From Candidatus Bathyarchaeia archaeon (GTDB lineage Archaea; Thermoproteota; Bathyarchaeia; TCS64), in contig JBEKDF010000049.1 of NCBI GenBank assembly GCA_050014495.1, positions 1-17,558 of the forward strand: DNA of 17,558 nucleotides, read 5' to 3'. Position numbers and translations under genes: made by a program. Under the pieces are notes generated by a model. That model was given only the letters and a program-made list of their open reading frames with translations, did no database searches and was not told the origin of the DNA. Of the stretch, positions 16,295-17,558 are shown in pieces (the first letter of the stretch is position 1; each line of letters begins with the position of its first letter).

Positions 16295-16456
16295 TCATTT
16301 ACCAGTTGCTATGTTTCGTCCCTGAATGAGCCTAACCACTATCACAATGGCTGCGATTACTAGCAGAATGTAGATTAGCCCTCCACCGATTCCACCTATA
16401 AGCCCAAGTAGCCACAGAACCACGAGGATCGCTGCAACTGTCCAGAAAAGGTCCAT
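16295..16456 (-). CDS. lmo0937-family (DUF5670-like) small membrane protein, 53 aa; not in ORF track
   Basis: Manual translation MDLFWTVAAILVVLWLLGLIGGIGGGLIYILLVIAAIVIVVRLIQGRNIATGK*. It matches the family pattern LW.IavILl.LWLLG.....GGLIhiLLViA.i.ii.rli.GR. Start is 5 nt after the upstream stop, with AGGGGATGA upstream. Confidence 0.88.
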   Translation of the reverse strand: MDLFWTVAAILVVLWLLGLIGGIGGGLIYILLVIAAIVIVVRLIQGRNIATGK

Positions 16457-16461
16457 CTAAG

Positions 16462-16731
16462 TCATCCCCTGTGAGCGCGCTCGATCTTGTCTTTCTCTTT
16501 CTCGATTCCCGTCTTAATCTTATCTGCGCTCTCTCTAACTCCCTTAACCAAGGCTTCTCCGGCATCCCCCGCCTTTTCCTCTACGCTCTTATTATCATCG
16601 ATTCCCTTTTTTACACCTTTACCAAACTCTTTAGCGGTGTTGCCAGCCTTTTCAGCGCTCTTCCCTACGGCCTCTCCGATGGCCTTCACATTTTCCTCTA
16701 TCGACTTTTTCTTATTAGTTGACAAATACAT
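16462..16731 (-). CDS. LEA-like / amphipathic helical repeat protein (paralogue of 16760-17155)
   Basis: K/E/A/G-rich, almost no aromatics, FGKGVKKGIDDNKSVEEK module. Start ATG 16731 or TTG 16725 after GAGGT. Confidence 0.78.
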   Translation of the reverse strand: MYLSTNKKKSIEENVKAIGEAVGKSAEKAGNTAKEFGKGVKKGIDDNKSVEEKAGDAGEALVKGVRESADKIKTGIEKEKDKIERAHRG

Positions 16732-16759
16732 CAAACCTCAAATATTCCCATAAATTAGT

Positions 16760-17155
16760 TTAGTTATTCTCGATTTTGTCTTTCTCTATTTGGATATCAT
16801 TCTTAATATTGTCGACGCTATCGGTCACTACCTTAGTTAAGGCTTCTCCTGCTTCTTTCGCTTTTTCCTCTAAGGGCTTATTGTCGTTGATTCCCTTCTT
16901 AATCCCGTCTCCAAACGCCTCAGCAGTTTTACCTACTTTTTCAGCGCTCTCCTTCATTCCCTTAACTACGGCCTCTTTTGCGTCCCCTACCTTTTCTTCT
17001 ATGGGTCTATTATCGTCGATTCCTTTCTTAATTCCTTCTCCAAATGCTTTGACGGTCGTGCATGCTTGCGCGGCGCCCTTCCCAACGGCTACTCCTATTT
17101 CATGCGCGGTCTCCTCGATGGTTTTGTTTTCTGCAGATGTGTGACTTGTGGTCAT
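16760..17155 (-). CDS. LEA-like / amphipathic helical repeat protein with a 43-aa internal duplication
   Basis: AFGEGIKKGIDDNRPIEEK (res 37-55) and AFGDGIKKGINDNKPLEEK (res 80-98); shares the C-terminal EKDKIE with the downstream paralogue. Confidence 0.8.
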   Translation of the reverse strand: MTTSHTSAENKTIEETAHEIGVAVGKGAAQACTTVKAFGEGIKKGIDDNRPIEEKVGDAKEAVVKGMKESAEKVGKTAEAFGDGIKKGINDNKPLEEKAKEAGEALTKVVTDSVDNIKNDIQIEKDKIENN

Positions 17156-17191
17156 TTTTTCATCAATCCTTTGAACTTACTCATACATAAA

Positions 17192-17263
17192 TGGTACAGC
17201 GTAGTATATATACCAATGTATACCACGATAGGTATATATTGTGGTATTAAGTTGTATATTGTG
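17192..17263. promoter_or_regulatory. Divergent promoter pair with a candidate RHH operator array
   Basis: TATATATA 17205-17212 and TATATATT 17233-17240; inverted repeat ATACCACGATA / TATTGTGGTAT (17220-17247); repeated TACCA/TGGTA boxes. Confidence 0.6.
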
Positions 17264-17272
17264 TGGCGTAGC

Positions 17273-17422
17273 ATGAGAAAGATTACGTTAAGCCTGCCTG
17301 AGGAGTTGGAGAATGAGCTTAGGCAGAGGACTGAAGTCGATTATGCTGGAATCAAGGGTGGATTATCCATCGTTGTGATTCAGGCTCTCCGTGAGTGGTT
17401 TAAGGACCATCCGCGAGGGTAG
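17273..17422 (+). CDS. Ribbon-helix-helix (CopG/MetJ/Arc-like) DNA-binding protein, 49 aa
   Basis: MRKITLSLPEELENELRQRT...GGLSIVVIQALREWF: alternating beta strand, xPxxLxxxL helix A and S..v..Al..w helix B. True start is ATG 17273, not 17066. Confidence 0.85.
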   Translation: MRKITLSLPEELENELRQRTEVDYAGIKGGLSIVVIQALREWFKDHPRG

Positions 17423-17436
17423 AGTTAACGATATTT

Positions 17437-17444
17437 GCGCGCGC
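17437..17444. repeat. (GC)4 alternating tract
   Basis: GCGCGCGC, 14 nt past the RHH stop codon. Confidence 0.85.
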
Positions 17445-17480
17445 TGGCTCGTCCCTAAAATAGGTACACACCCAGAATCA

Positions 17481-17558
17481 TTGAAACAAACAGAGACACC
17501 ACCCCCAGACGAAAACAGGAAACACTCAGAGAGCCAAACCAAGCCCACAGCCAGCCCA
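17481..17558 (+). CDS. Possible 5' end of a gene with a low-complexity N-terminus (runs off the window edge)
   Basis: TTG-started open frame MKQTETPPPDENRKHSESQTKPTASP, with TAAAATA ~20 nt upstream; no recognisable motif. Confidence 0.25.
   Translation, partial: MKQTETPPPDENRKHSESQTKPTASP

Noticed and set aside
16332..16565. 77-aa minus-strand ORF
   Set aside because: Off-frame overlap with the LEA-like gene and with the better-supported lmo0937-family gene at 16295-16456.
16471..17144. Hydrophobic plus-strand ORFs (83, 88, 122 aa)
   Set aside because: Antisense shadows of Lys/Glu-rich genes; their Phe/Ser/Leu richness is the expected reverse-complement artefact.
17066..17272. N-terminal extension of the 118-aa ORF 17066-17422
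   Set aside because: It overlaps the opposite-strand LEA-like gene and runs through the promoter region; the RHH fold starts at ATG 17273.
17363..17548. 61-aa minus-strand ORF at the right edge
   Set aside because: It overlaps the RHH gene end and the CG tract and has no motif; it cannot be evaluated without flanking sequence.

Overview
Gene-dense, apparently archaeal window: TATA-like boxes ~25-35 nt upstream of many starts, frequent TTG/GTG starts, GGAGG/GGTGA-type RBS. Gene content suggests an anaerobic heterotroph such as Bathyarchaeia (inference only). From left to right: (1) a minus-strand TspO-like / SOUL heme-binding / fasciclin module; (2) a double winged-helix hypothetical gene; (3) a CxxC-x17-CxxC zinc-ribbon microprotein missing from the ORF track, with a structured leader; (4) a metabolic/housekeeping block (GH172/DUF2961, Fe-alcohol dehydrogenase, amidohydrolase, DinB, NimA/PNPOx-like, AlaX, M20 peptidase, dhaL, dhaK); (5) an orphan RACo/ASKHA corrinoid-activator gene; (6) a small membrane gene coupled to a holin-like/alkaline-phosphatase-superfamily fusion; (7) a four-gene cluster of small stress-type proteins (two LEA-like paralogues, an lmo0937-family protein missing from the ORF track, a 66-aa membrane protein) divergent from a ribbon-helix-helix regulator. 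The most unusual signal is non-coding: six perfect (CG)4-5 tracts, all intergenic and mostly a few nt past a stop codon. One of them sits in a ~25-bp element that recurs, degenerate, upstream of dhaK. No rRNA, tRNA, CRISPR array or mobile element was seen. All calls come from reading motifs by eye; no searches were run.
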